64,000 bases of DNA from NCBI GenBank assembly GCA_010093605.1, contig MU004194.1, forward strand, positions 1,650,323-1,714,322. The letters run 5' to 3'. The notes beneath the pieces are model-generated. The model was given only the letters and a program-made list of their open reading frames with translations, made no database searches and was not told where the DNA came from. This DNA is from Lophium mytilinum (taxonomy: Eukaryota). Below are positions 1-12,349 of this stretch, piece by piece. The position numbers and the translations under genes are program-made. Each line of letters opens with the position of its first letter. The stretch's first letter is position 1.

Positions 1-2400
1 TCGCCATCGTAATTAATTTCGTCGAAACCAGCGCCGTCGCCACCATTGCCGGCAGTGTCTTCGTACGACTCTTGCCCTTGATATTCTTGGCCATGCTCTT
101 GGTCACCTTCTTGGAAGTTGTAATGGCCTTGCTCGAACTCTGGGGCGTAATTCTGGTCAAAGCCCTCACCAAAGTCATAGTCAGCTTCGTGCTCGAATTG
201 GCTCGCGTGCTGCGTATCGTCAATGTCATGGAGTTGTTCCAATCCGCCTGCAACGTCTTGCTCGGTGTCGTGCTTGGTATCGCTAGTCAGCGCTTGTTCG
301 AGCTCCTTCTCAAGCTCGAGGTCCAAGTCAAACTCATCCTCTCCTGTCCGCTGCTGACCTTGTCCGGGCGACTGGAATGTGCCTACTGCTTCGCCTTGGA
401 CACCATTCAAGGTAGTAGCATTTGCATCTGTCGAACCGAAGTCGTCGTCGAGTTCGTCCAAGTCATCAAAGTCATCTTCCGGATGATGTGGCTGGCTGCC
501 AGCTGCTGGATCAACTGGGCCCGTTGGTGGCTGATTTGCGTCGCCTTGAACTGTTGAAGAAGCTGAAGAAGGGCCTGACCCGGAATTTCCCACGTTGGGC
601 GTCGGATTAGTGTCCGCTTCGTCGTCGGAATAATCGATCAGATCATCATCATCGATGACGTCTTTACGGGGTTCCGGTACTGCCTTGCTCTCCGGCTTGT
701 GTTCAACTTGCTTTGCGGCGGTACTAACGTCAGTTCCAGCGGGCCCGTTGTCTTCAGTGCTGGTCTTGACATGGCTTGCTGTTGAGGCATCCGCGGTCAA
801 GCCCTCCACTTGGGTGTCGAGCTCAAGGAGGTCATCCAATTTGGTCTCTGCTGGATCATGCGCCACGATAACCTCTGTTCCCTGTTCGGCACTGTGCTGC
901 TCTTGCGCAGTGTGACCTGGATATTCATCATGAGCGTCGTCCTCCCCCAGCTCGTTCGAACCGTCTCGCTGTTCATGCACATCTATGGAGGCGTCAAACT
1001 GTCCGAAGTGCTCGTTTTCGGCGTCTTCGTAGGGCGGATACTCCGAGTCGTCTTCGTCGGAATGTTCGAGGAATGTTAGCTGCGATATACCTTGTCCTTG
1101 GGAAGCAGCCTCGCCTAGTTGAGCCAAACGAGTAGAGAATCGGGTTTTGACTGAGAGAGTCATGTATAAGGGATCAGGATCAGGCACACCGTCGTGTTGG
1201 CAGAGCGAGAGATAAGTATAGAGGATCTGGGAAAAGTTCACTTTGGATGCAAAAACACAGTCCTATAGTTTGTTAGTTTTTGAGAAGAGTAGAGAGCAGG
1301 AATATGCGCAGACTTACTTCACGAATGCATAAGCCAAGCTTAGCTATGTCCATCTCCAACTCGCCCTCATCGCCGATCGTGTCACCGAGGACGGTTCTGC
1401 AAGCTTGCAAGAGCTCATAGATACTCCGGTGCGCGATTGATTCATCTTCGAGGAAGTAGGTTTGGGACTCATCCTCCACGCGAGGATGGAAAAGTGACAT
1501 TGGCTGATTCTCACCATAGATCACGATGACAGGGTGGAGGGAAGGAGGACCCGTAGAGTAATTGTCCTCGTGCTGGGAAGGAGAATTTGCGAACTCTTCG
1601 AAATCATCATGACCTGCATAGGGGGAGCCGGAATCACCATGAGTCGGCACTTCATCCTGGTCTTTATGTTTCTCACCTAGCGAGCCGGGTGGGCTGATGT
1701 AATGCGGCTGTTCTTCGCTCTGCGTAACATCGGCCGTAACAAGATTCGAGGAAGTGGTTTCGATATTGTCGGCTGAACCGTCTACAACGGGAAGGGAGGG
1801 TGCGGGTTGCGCATTACCGTGGGGAGTTGGTGAAAGAGCAGCAGGTACTGTATGAGTGATCACATCTTCTTGCACAGCTTGTTCCGCAGTTTTCGGGGCC
1901 ATATCATCAAAGGATTGTCCATATTGGGCCTGGGTGGTTAAGAGCTCTTGTCCGACAGCGCCGGGTTCCTTGGAGATCTCGTCGTCGAAGTCGAAATCGA
2001 GGTCGAGATCGTCATCCGGATCAATAGCAGCATTGGGCATGTTCGTTTGAGAGGCCTCTTCATGGCCTAACTCGCTGACATCAGTGAGATGCTCATCCGG
2101 AACGCTGAGGCGGTCTTGGTTGTCTTGCACCATCCCCTCGGTGTCATCGAGCTCATCATCGAACATGTTATCGTCGTTATCTGGAAACGTGGACTGGTGC
2201 TGGACGTGGGCCGAATCGGACATTGCGTCTTCCAGCATCTGGTCGTCGTCTTGATGGTGCGTGTACTCATCGCCAAGGTCCAAGTCAAGGTCTATGTTAT
2301 CGTCGGCGTAGTGGATCTCAGAGGTCATTTCCATGTCGTCGTCTGGGGCGGTCACCTGAAGACCAGGTGCAGACTGTGGTCCAGTGGCCAAGGCCGTCAT
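1..2400 (-). CDS. Acidic, low-complexity conserved protein, DUF2420/Rmr1-like; 3' end lies beyond the window
   Basis: ATG at 2400 (MTALATGPQ...). Intron 1317-1263 (GTAAGT...CTAAC...TAG) joins ..LGLCIRE to DCVFASKVNFSQILYTYLSLCQHDGVPDPDPLYMTLSVKTRF. The D/E-rich frame continues toward position 1. Family call is from memory of the motif. Confidence 0.7.
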
Positions 2401-3136
2401 GGAGGCGGCGCGGGGGCGAAGGTCGAACGCGGTTGTGACGGCGCGTCGCGACGCGGTCTTGGGGAAGTCTTCTCGAGACAAGTCCAGTGGCGAAGCAGTT
2501 GCAGAGTCCAGGCAGGTTGTTAAGTGTCGAGACTAAGGGTTAGTGGGTGGGCGAGGGTAGTGGTCATGGAGTGGTGTTCGTGTCGAAGGCCGAGTGCGAC
2601 GTAGGCGATTTATAGGCAGCGTGTCGCACGGTGACTCCGCGTCGTCAAACAGGCAGCAGGCAGCAGGCGTGAATCTATCCTCCGAGACAGTGTCGCAAGT
2701 CGGTCGATGAAGGAGTGCACGCTGCGCTACGATGGGCGGTGGAGATTGAAGGAAGGTGGAGAGTGTGTCGAGACAGGAGGTGAAGGAGCGAGGTCGATGT
2801 AGAGACAAAGACGACGGCCCACGTGCCGCCAAGCCCTTTAGCGCCAAATCGTAATTCACACATCGCCAGAACGGCCGTGAACAACAGGCCGCGGTGCAGC
2901 TCGACTCTCTCGCGATACGTGTCCTGCAACGACCGAGGGAAAATTCTGTTGTTGTTCCCTACGCTTCTTTACCTTCATAGTCGTGCAATTGTCCCATTTG
3001 GAACTTCTGTCCATCCAGTCCAAACCTCGAATCCCCCGCCGTTTACATCCCTCCTTGACAGACCATCCTTTGGACAACGCCGACACCGCTCTGAGAGCAG
3101 CATCCCTTCAAACCGTCCCCCGAATAGTGTCTCACA

Positions 3137-4784
3137 ATGGTAGCCTTCTCCGTCCTTAATCTATCTTTAAATCATACTCACACTTCCCAGGTCATCCTAG
3201 CAGCCTCAATATGCACCCGCGGCGGGAAAGCCGTCCTCTCCCGCCAATTCCGCGAAATGCAACGGTCCCGTATCGAAGCTCTCCTTGCCGCATTTCCTAA
3301 GCTCGCCGACGGCAGCACTCAGCATACCACGGCCGAGCAGGATAATGTGCGTTACGTATACCAACCTCTGGACGAACTATATATGGTCCTCATAACAAAC
3401 CGGCAATCGAACATCCTGCAAGACATCAACTCGTTACACCTTTTCGCGCAGGTGGTATCCAGCATCTGCAAGAGCCTGGACGAGCGGGAGATTGTGAAGA
3501 ATGCCTTCGAGCTACTATCAGCGTTCGACGAGCTCGTCACACTGGGATACAGGGAAAACCTCACGCTGAGCCAGATCAAGACCTTTCTAGAGATGGAGTC
3601 ACACGAGGAGCGGATCCAGGAAATCATAGCACGCAACAAAGAGCTAGAGGCTAGTGAGGAGCGCAAACGCCGCGCCAAACAGCTCGAGATGCAACGCAAG
3701 GAGATGTCACGGAGCGGACGAGCAGCTGGTGGCGCAGGCCCCCGCGCTCCTCAGTATCCCACATACACTCCCAGCGTGCCTGCGACCGTCACAGACACCT
3801 ACGAGAGCTACGAGGCGGAGAAGAAAAAGAGCAGCAAACCTCTCGTCACTCGCGGCAAAGGCATGCAGTTGGGCAAGAAGTCGAAGACCAGCTCTATGTT
3901 CGACCAGGTGGCCGGCGACCTACCCCCAGAATCGGAGCCACTCGTGCAATCACCCAAAGCGGCGCCCGCCGCTGCCCCTGCTTCAGCGCGCCCCTCGACG
4001 TCCTACGACCGCGAACCAGTGCACATCACGACATCCGAGCATATCTCCGCCCGTCTCGACCGGGAAGGCTTGCTCAAGTCGTTCGAAGTCAGGGGCGATC
4101 TGTCACTGCGCATCTCAGACGCCGCACTTACGCAAGTCAAGCTCGCGCTGGCCCTTGGGGAGACTCGCAATGCGCAGCTAATCACGCACCCCAAAGCCGA
4201 CAAGGCTGTCTTCAAAAACTCGCGCAACATCCAGCTCTCGGACACCTCCAAGGGCTTCCCCGTCAACATGGCCATTGCCGTTGTCAAGTGGAAGCTCGCG
4301 CCGAAGCCCGAGGATGTGTCCGACCCACCCATCACATTCCGAGCGTGGGTCGAGGAGAGCGGGGGAACCTACAACATCACCCTTGAATACGAGCACAGCG
4401 GCACCGACGTGCTCAACGACGTCGCCGTCACGATCCCCTTTGCCACCGACGAACCCAACGTCAGCTCCTTCGATGCCGTGTACGAAGTCAGCGGGGACAG
4501 CCTGGAGTGGAACATTGGCACTGTCGACGAGTCAAACTCGTCCGGCAGCTTCGAGTTCGAGGCGAGTGCGGAGAGCGAGGCAGAATTCTTCCCCATGCGG
4601 ATAAAGTTCTCGAAATCGAAGCCGTTTGTTGACGTTAGCGTAAGTTTTCCAGCCCTATCAAACCTACATCATCGTACTAACTCCTTGACTATAGGTCTCC
4701 TCCGTCTCCCTCATCAGCATGGGCCAAGACATCAATTTCTCCACCGACGTCAAGTCCGTCGCCGACGTCTACGAGGTCTTATAG
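3137..4784 (+). CDS. RET2: Coatomer subunit delta (delta-COP)
   Basis: ATG-only first coding exon, introns 3140-3190 and 4640-4694. MVILAASICTRGGKAVLSRQF longin-like N-terminus and mu-homology C-terminus; stop TAG 4782-4784. Confidence 0.95.
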
Positions 4785-5174
4785 ACGCGGCCTTCCAATC
4801 TTTCTAACTATTTATGGCATCGCACTGGGGCGAATTTTGCCCCTTGACAATGTCTAACCCCTTTGTCAGTGATATGGGAGCGTAGGCATGGCGCGGGGGG
4901 CTACGAATGATTAGCGAGTGCGCATGCTGCTCTGCAAAAGGCAGTAGTCAGTGGTGTGGTAGTAGCTAGGACGTACGTTGACGAAAAACGAAAATGAAAA
5001 AGGAAAGTTCTGAACGACGAAACCATCACACTGCACTACATCTTGACCTGTTTGATCCTAATATAGCCACGCATCGATGTTTGTTCCCTCTCGTCTTAAA
5101 CAACCTGCTCCACCCGTGATTGTATGGCCTTCTGAATTTCGAAACTTTCACATCTGTCAAAAGCTGTCGCAATT

Positions 5175-5639
5175 TGTCGGATGCGAAATAGCACGGAATC
5201 CTCGGCTAATGTTTTTGAGCTCCGCATCACATTTTCAAAGAACCCAACCACGAATTGGAAGCTATAGTCTTCAATCTTTAATAGTATACTCTTAGTCCAC
5301 AGCTTACTTAGACCCTCTAATATTAGCCTATAATATACTTAAAGAGAGGAGTTATTCTACTGCAAAGCTGGCTGCCAAGATGTGCTAAATTAGCGCGATT
5401 ACAACTTGTCGCGTCTGATTGTCTCCTGCAAGCTTATACCCTAATTAAAACAGCCAATATTAGATATTATAAGCTAAAACTTCTGGTAAAGGCTTCTTAT
5501 ATCTAGATAAGTATCTTAGGAGTGTTGTACACGTTGTTTAGGTCTGCGTGGTGGAGCTAGTTTTACCACTCACAGGATTTTTGTGGTGAGAAAGCTCGAA
5601 AAGGTACGCCAAGGATTCCGTGCTATTTCGCATCCGACA
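5175..5639. mobile_element. Non-autonomous TIR element with TGT...ACA ends, possibly Ginger-like; interior looks RIP-damaged
   Basis: 5172-5202 is the exact reverse complement of 5612-5642 (ATTTGTCGGATGCGAAATAGCACGGAATCCT), extending imperfectly to ~50 bp. Flanks are AATT/AATG and the interior is TpA-rich. Confidence 0.75.
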
Positions 5640-6109
5640 AATGGCAGAATGTTTTATGTAATCTACTCAGCTTTCATTACCGCATCCCACCTATCCCCAT
5701 ACTCTCGAATCAATCCCGTCTGATGAAACTTCCGTCCAGCGCAGTGCAGTCCTATCAGCTGCCATCAGCTGCCATCCTTTACACGACTTTTGATCGCAGT
5801 ATACTATAATACAAGCAACTAAGCGCAGAACCATGAAGCAAACCGCCCTTGTCCCCCTTGTCCCATCACCGTCCTTCCCCCGAGAGTCGAAAGAAACAAA
5901 CAGAACAGAGCAACGCATACAGTTGTAATAATTACCCGTCCCATTCCATCCCATCGTAACCCCTTCGTGAGGGAACCGAGCAAAGACACCGTAAACCGTA
6001 GACCATGAAACCATCAGCAAGAGCGTACAACCCGCCATTGCCACCCGACCCTAGTAACTCCAATCCCTACCATCATCCTCCCCAATCCCCCTCGAGAGAA
6101 GGAAAACCC

Positions 6110-9100
6110 TCACTCGGCCCCCGCAACCCGATCACTCGCCCTCAACACCCCCGAAAACCTCCCCTCACCGCCCCTCAAACACCCATCAAACTCCACCGCC
6201 ACCGCCTCACTATCATCCTCCCACCCGGTATTCAAGAACCACGCCACATTCACCGCCGCACACTCCACCGCATCCACCTCCTGCACAATCTCGCCCATCA
6301 ACGCGTCCTTGCTGCTCAGCATCGCCGGCGCGAGCGCGTTGTACCGCTTCGAGAAGAACGGGTGGCGCAGGAACGCGTGCGCGGGCTCGAGGCCCGACTC
6401 GTCGAGGTTGGCGTGCGGGAGGCGCACGTAGCCGCAGCTCACGAGTTCCAGCTCGCGGAGACTGCTCTCGCGGTCTGCGTCGGCGTGCGAGTGCGAGGAG
6501 CCAAAGTCGGCAAGGTTCTGGCCGGGGGAGATAATGTCGAGGATGTAGGGCCAGGAGCCCTCGCGGGGCTGCGTGCGGACGGCGGATTGCGCGCTGACCT
6601 GTGGTAGGGGTGGTGGCGCTTGCTGCTGTTGTTGGTGTTGCTGCACCAGCTGGTGCACCTGCTGCGCCTGCTGCTGCTGCTGTGGGGCCACGAAGCCGGG
6701 TGGGAAGCCGGGTGGGATGTGGGCTTGGAGTTGGTTCTGGACGTGGAGGTGCGCCTGGAGCTGGGCCTGCATGTTAGGGATCTGCGCTTGGGCTTGGGCG
6801 CCTTGCTGGTTCTGCAGATGGTTGATCTGGAGCTGCAGTGCTTGGATTTGGAGGGCGATGAGCTGCTGTGGTGGCCCGCCTTGTTGTGCAGCACCGTTGG
6901 GTAGTCCTAGTTGCAGGCCCGCAGCGTTCGGTTGATTGCCCACTCCATTGTTCTGCGCCGCATTGTGGGCTTGTTGCACGTTGGCCATCGCCTGGAGCTG
7001 GTTCTGGAGGTTGAAAACCCCGTTGAGGTTCTGATTGGCGTTCTGGTTGGCGTTTTGAGCGGCATTCTGGTTTGCCAGTACTCTCGGCATTGCAGTCAAC
7101 GACACAGATTGGAGCGTCAGCTTTGTTAGTCGAGTCTTATCATGCTTCTTGACGAGTTCTTGCAGCGCTGGCGGGGTGACCCAACAATTCCGTAGGGTGA
7201 GCTGCTGCACATACGGGAACGAGAGCATGACGCCTCCAATTTGACTCGGGTGAAGTAGCAATGCATCACTGCTAAGAAGCACTGGAGCTGGGAGAATGTG
7301 CTTATTCCTGGCATGTATACCCTCTGCATGCTCGCCACCCGCGGCCCAGCCGATGGTGAGGTTCTTGATATTCTTTCGGGGACTGATCATGTCCTTGAGT
7401 AGCTGATAGAAAGGTTCAATGGCATGCTGAGGATCAACACGTGGTGTCTCCACATATCCGGCTTCATCCTTGACCACATTCCGCCAGTCTGGAAGGACCT
7501 GAATCGTGACTGTCTTCAATTGCGGTAAGGCATCCCAGAAATCCTGGCGACAGAGTGCGGAAGCGTACCGACTAGATATTCGAGCAACATTGAGGGTGTG
7601 AACGGTCTCAAATGTTGTCGGGTTGTCCATGACAGCCAGCATATACGACGAGAGGAACGCCCGCTGTGCCCATTCAGTTTCCATGAGCCATTCTTTCTGC
7701 GCTTTCGATAACTTTGTAGGAACTATTGAGCTTCGCAGTTGAGCGACATCACTTGGCGGAGTGCTTGACGAATATAGCACTCCCACTGAAGGAGTCGGCG
7801 TCAGAACAGGGTCAGGAACCGATGTCTCGGCGAGGGCGAGTACACTCGCTAAATCTGAATCATCCCGTCGGTCATCAACGGTGTATTCGTCCAGTGTGGC
7901 TTCAGCGACTAGGCACGGGTCTAGATAAGGGAACTTCGAAAGCATTTCCGGAACGGCGTGGGCGTCAATGATGGGCCTCAACTCTTTGAATGGAATATTG
8001 ACCGCCATTCTATACAAAGTGGCAGTCTTCAGGTCGATTCTTGCTTCGTCGTGCACTCGGTTGAGGTAATCCCACAGCTCCTGTTGGGCCTGCTCCTTGC
8101 GATCTGGTATCTCTTTGGAGGGACCAAATACTTCCGGTTGCTTTCGGATTATTCTGGCGCGAATAGACCGATCCGGGCCTTTGAGCCAGCCAAGGCCGCT
8201 ATCTAGTGAAAGTGCCAGCTCTTGAACCTTTTGCAGCATGGAGAAAGCTGTCTTCATCTTCGGTGTTTCGTCGGCAGCCAACTCAAGACCGGCGACATCA
8301 TCGAATCGTCGATATTCTTCGAACGGCCATTCGTAATTGCCCCAGAAGCTAGCATGGTTTTCGGTGGTGCCTTTAAAGGGCGGCTTCGCCAGAGCTTCTA
8401 TAATGATGTCAGCAGGATTCGAATAGATCGATTGTATGGTAGCAACATACCTTCGTCAACATCAAAGCTCATACCGTATTTTCGGATATGAGGCCCAAAC
8501 CCACGGAATACATCCAAGCCATGGCCATTGTAGACATCGTCCCCATTGGCGTTTTTCCATGAGAGGCCCTTGTTCACTTCAATTTTGACCTTCCCCTTTC
8601 CTTTGTAGTCTGGCTTTCGGTCCTGGCCCAACATGCCATAGATTTCGGTATTGAAGGGAACCACAACAGTCCTAAAGAGGACTTGTGAGACGTGCTTGTC
8701 GAACTCGCGGGACACCAGCCTCATTGACTTGATGTCATCCCGTGAGAGATAGCTCGCAATCTCCTCAAACATCTCTGTAGGTAGGCGTTCTTTTGGCCAG
8801 CCCGGGACATCTGGTCTCAAGTCCCACCGAGATCTCACCTTGAGCTTGAGGATCTTACTTGGGCGGATAGAGTCAAGTACGTTCAGACCTCGCCGCTTCA
8901 GCCGTGACCCATTCGAAAATTGGTCAGAGATTGGGAAATAACGCGACGGAATCTTGGAGCTGTCGCGGATATCTGGCCACACATCTGTAGCATTCGGCTG
9001 CGCACGTTCGCTATGATAGAGCACCGCAGATACAGCACCCTTCTTCTCTAGGACGGACATAAGATCCGTATTGTTCCCATCGGTTGTATCAACTTTGTCC

Positions 9101-10333
9101 CTCGGACGCTTCACGAAATTGTTTTCCGCGCTCCAGCGGCTGAATCTCTCTCTCATTAATTGCATGGCCTGCATTTGAGAAGGCCGCCGTGAGGTATTAT
9201 TACCACGATTGGCCCCGAGAGTGACGAGGGAGTCCTCGTACTCTTGGCTGGAAAGGAAATCGTCGTATTCGTCGTCGCCATCCGATTCCGAATCGGCCCA
9301 GGGTCCTGAACGGTATAACCTGGCTGAATCGCGTGAAGTCTGCGAAGGAGCCATCTGACGAGGCGGTGGATTAGTCCAGTCAGCCTGGGACAGTTCGTCC
9401 AGATCATTGAGGTAGTTTCCGTTATACCCCTGGCCTAAATGTGAAGAGCTGTTGCCAAGAATTGAAGGAGAGTTGTAAGCGCCGGTGGAGTTAGGTAGAA
9501 TACGGTCGGAACGACGTTGGCCGTAGGTGAAATCTGGGAAGTCAGGACGCTGAACGGTGCCACGCTCTCCGGTGAGTGAACCAAACGTGCCACCCTGCGA
9601 GAGAGAGCGCGGCACATGATTCTCGCCTGCGCTGCCGATTCGTCGATGCACCCGCGAACGGCGAGGTGAAAGGGTATGAATGTTTGGCGCTGTCGGTGAA
9701 TTTGGGCCTCCTCGCAGTCCATTTCCAAGTAGTCCGGATCCGGGCAGCGGGGGAGAAAAACCAAAGAGACTGCTCCGCGTGTTTCGGTGAGTTCCACTGT
9801 TTGTAGCCATCACGCCCGTTGGCGCCGCATTCTCATCGTGCAGGGTTTGCGACGAAGACATACTAGAGCTTCCCAGGCCCGCAGTCTCAGATAGGTATAT
9901 CATGTCATCTTCAATCGGGAAATTTGGGGGGAGGAAGTGATTGCGGCGACGGCGCCGGGGCGTAGATCGTGGAGGTGTCATATTGTCTGAAGCTGGGGCA
10001 GTGTCGTTGTTGTTTGCTTGCGCGAGCCCACCTGATAGAGGCTCGCTGTGGTTGAAGGCGATGAGAGCATTGAGAGCCTATAGACTGAGATATTAGCAGG
10101 CTATCAATGTACGATGAGATCATGTGAAGCACGATAACTCAAATGTAGGGTGATGATGATATAGGCAACAAATCGTAGGGACTTACCTCGTCGTCAAGGT
10201 CGACCTCGCGGTCGTCCCGATCGCTATTGCTAAGATCACTGTTTGTCTCGAATCGCACCAGCCTGGGATGCGAAGACTGGTCGGACTGCCTTCCAGCGGG
10301 AATGCGCCGGGCCCTCAAACGCCTCTCGGACAT
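6110..10333 (-). CDS. Large F-box domain protein with Q/N/A-rich tract (~1350 aa)
   Basis: Exons 10333-10187, 10077-8451 and 8397-6110 join in frame with canonical splice sites. F-box motif RLPTEMFEEIASYLSRDDIKSMRLVSREF; LRR-like helical segments; polyQ tract near the C-terminus. Confidence 0.85.
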
Positions 10334-10945
10334 GGCGAAGGCTGCTCAAGACAGGTAGCTCTTGGAGGGGTAGATGTGGTGATGTATGCGGCTCAAGTTG
10401 GCGGGAACGTGAGGGGAGACCATGGGCCAGGTCGAAGTAGGGACAGATGCAACGACGGGGACAGCCGAGTCATGAAAACGGGTGGCTTGCCGTCACAAAG
10501 CAGGCCGTGGTGTTGCGTTTGTTGTTTGTTCGACTCGCTCGCCGAGCTACGTCGTTGCTTCAACCTCAGAAAGAGCAGTCCGAGCGCCCCGCGTTCTAAT
10601 TTTCTCTTCCCTGCGCCGAGGTTCACTACGTGTATTTATATATACATAATTAGAGATTCGATCCGACTTTTCTTATACGCAGTAGACAGCTAATGGTATT
10701 TTCAGAGTGCTAGAATCGCAGCGCGCAGGGGTTGCTCAATGCTCAGCAGGCGTAGCCGATCCCGCGCAAGTTCAACAACAACTACCTAGGTGTTAGCATG
10801 TGGGGTGAGGGTGATGGCATGATGAGATAGTGTTAAGATAAATTTGACAGCGTCAAGGACGACTCTATCTTTGAGTCAAACGCCCAGCTTCATGCATTAG
10901 ATAGACCCTAAAAACAGAACGACAGACTCTGACTTCCGCGACGCA

Positions 10946-12349
10946 TCACCGGAGCCCATACGCGAAGACATCATGACTATACAGCGGCCTGCCGTGCGCA
11001 TCCTCTTCATCCAAGGTGTCTTCTCTGGCCGTCTCGCTAGCTAGGTACTCCAAAAACTCCCTGAAATTGCCGAAAGTCTGCATCTTGGCTGCTTGCGGAC
11101 ACCACGAGATGATCAGCCACTCCAGCTCGTCGCTCCCTTCTTTACTGCCATACGCAGCGTTGAGGCATTCCATGAACTTCTTCTTCGTTTCTTCGTCTGA
11201 CTCTTCGTATGTCGCCCACAATATCTCACGGGCCACCTGGACCACTTCTGGCTCAACCATCCAGACCAATACTGTCTCGGGGTCGCCCGCGTTGATTAGC
11301 ACGGTGTGATCAAATGGTGGCCAGCGCGTTTTGATCGGGAGGCCTGGGATGTTGGTCAAGTCGATGCCCTCCTCCTCCCATTCCTGTTGGTGTTCCTGGG
11401 CATCGTAGATGCGTACAGCGTCGGTGCCGCTGAGCTCTGGCTCGCCAAAGAACCCATTCCACCACTGGTTCAATCCGTTGCTCACTAACAGGAACTCTTT
11501 AAAGTCGGCAGGGAGGCCGGACTTACATCCTAGCTGCCTTTCCAGCGCCGTGACCTGCTCAGCGGAGGCGGGTTCGCGGATAATCGTGGTGGGAGGGTTG
11601 TCCGGGTCGTAGTCTGTCTCTTCCCAGATGGCATTTTTGAGGGTATTGTCGTTACATATCTGAACGAGCTCTTTCATCGACTTATCCTCGTAAGGTCGCC
11701 GTAATGGGCCGTCGTCAATCCTCTTCTGGAACGCCTTCTGTACCTTCTCTCCAAATGCCCGGACTTTCTTGTCATCAAGCCCGAGATCTTGCGCCACGAC
11801 TTTGTCTTTCAACATACTCCATGCTAGCCTCGACTTTGATAGATCCCGGTACATGGTATGGAAATTGCCCGCAATTGTCTTCAGAATCTCTTGCGCCTTG
11901 TCTTTACGGCCCTGAAATATAGCGAGGTCCAGCGCGGCCGCATAATCGTCAGGGCGTAACGTCGCACTCCCCCAAACTGCTGCTTTGGCATATCCTTGGG
12001 CCGTCTCGAGTAGCTTCTCTAGCCCTCCCTCCTCTTTGTGGGTGTCTCGTTTCCATATGAGCCTCTCATTTTCCAGTTTTGCGAGGTACCTCGGTGTGCG
12101 CTCCTCAGCCGGGATGGTGGGTGGCCATGAGTTCGTTGCTTCCCACGCAAAGTACAGGCCAGGACTCCAGGAGGCTCTGCATGTGCTGTTGAAGTCGGCG
12201 GTGATGTTGAACAGTGAGGTGGCGATGTCGATGTACCCTAGCAGAGCAAACTCCAGGGCAATGTCGGTGCAATTCCGCGCCACGTCCCAGGTAACCTTCT
12301 CTATCAGCGTCTGATGGGCATCGAACTTCCGACCCATTTTGAATGCCAT
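10946..12349 (-). CDS. SMI1/KNR4 (SUKH superfamily) domain protein, intronless
   Basis: Motif REPASAEQVTALERQLG..LPADFKEFLLVSNG in the C-terminal half. The first ATG in the frame is at 12349 (MAFKMGRK). Confidence 0.8.
   Translation of the reverse strand: MAFKMGRKFDAHQTLIEKVTWDVARNCTDIALEFALLGYIDIATSLFNITADFNSTCRASWSPGLYFAWEATNSWPPTIPAEERTPRYLAKLENERLIWKRDTHKEEGGLEKLLETAQGYAKAAVWGSATLRPDDYAAALDLAIFQGRKDKAQEILKTIAGNFHTMYRDLSKSRLAWSMLKDKVVAQDLGLDDKKVRAFGEKVQKAFQKRIDDGPLRRPYEDKSMKELVQICNDNTLKNAIWEETDYDPDNPPTTIIREPASAEQVTALERQLGCKSGLPADFKEFLLVSNGLNQWWNGFFGEPELSGTDAVRIYDAQEHQQEWEEEGIDLTNIPGLPIKTRWPPFDHTVLINAGDPETVLVWMVEPEVVQVAREILWATYEESDEETKKKFMECLNAAYGSKEGSDELEWLIISWCPQAAKMQTFGNFREFLEYLASETAREDTLDEEDAHGRPLYSHDVFAYGLR

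Noticed and set aside
72..2523. Long plus-strand hydrophobic ORFs, and similar antisense ORFs across the window
   Set aside because: Antisense shadows of real genes with biased codon usage.
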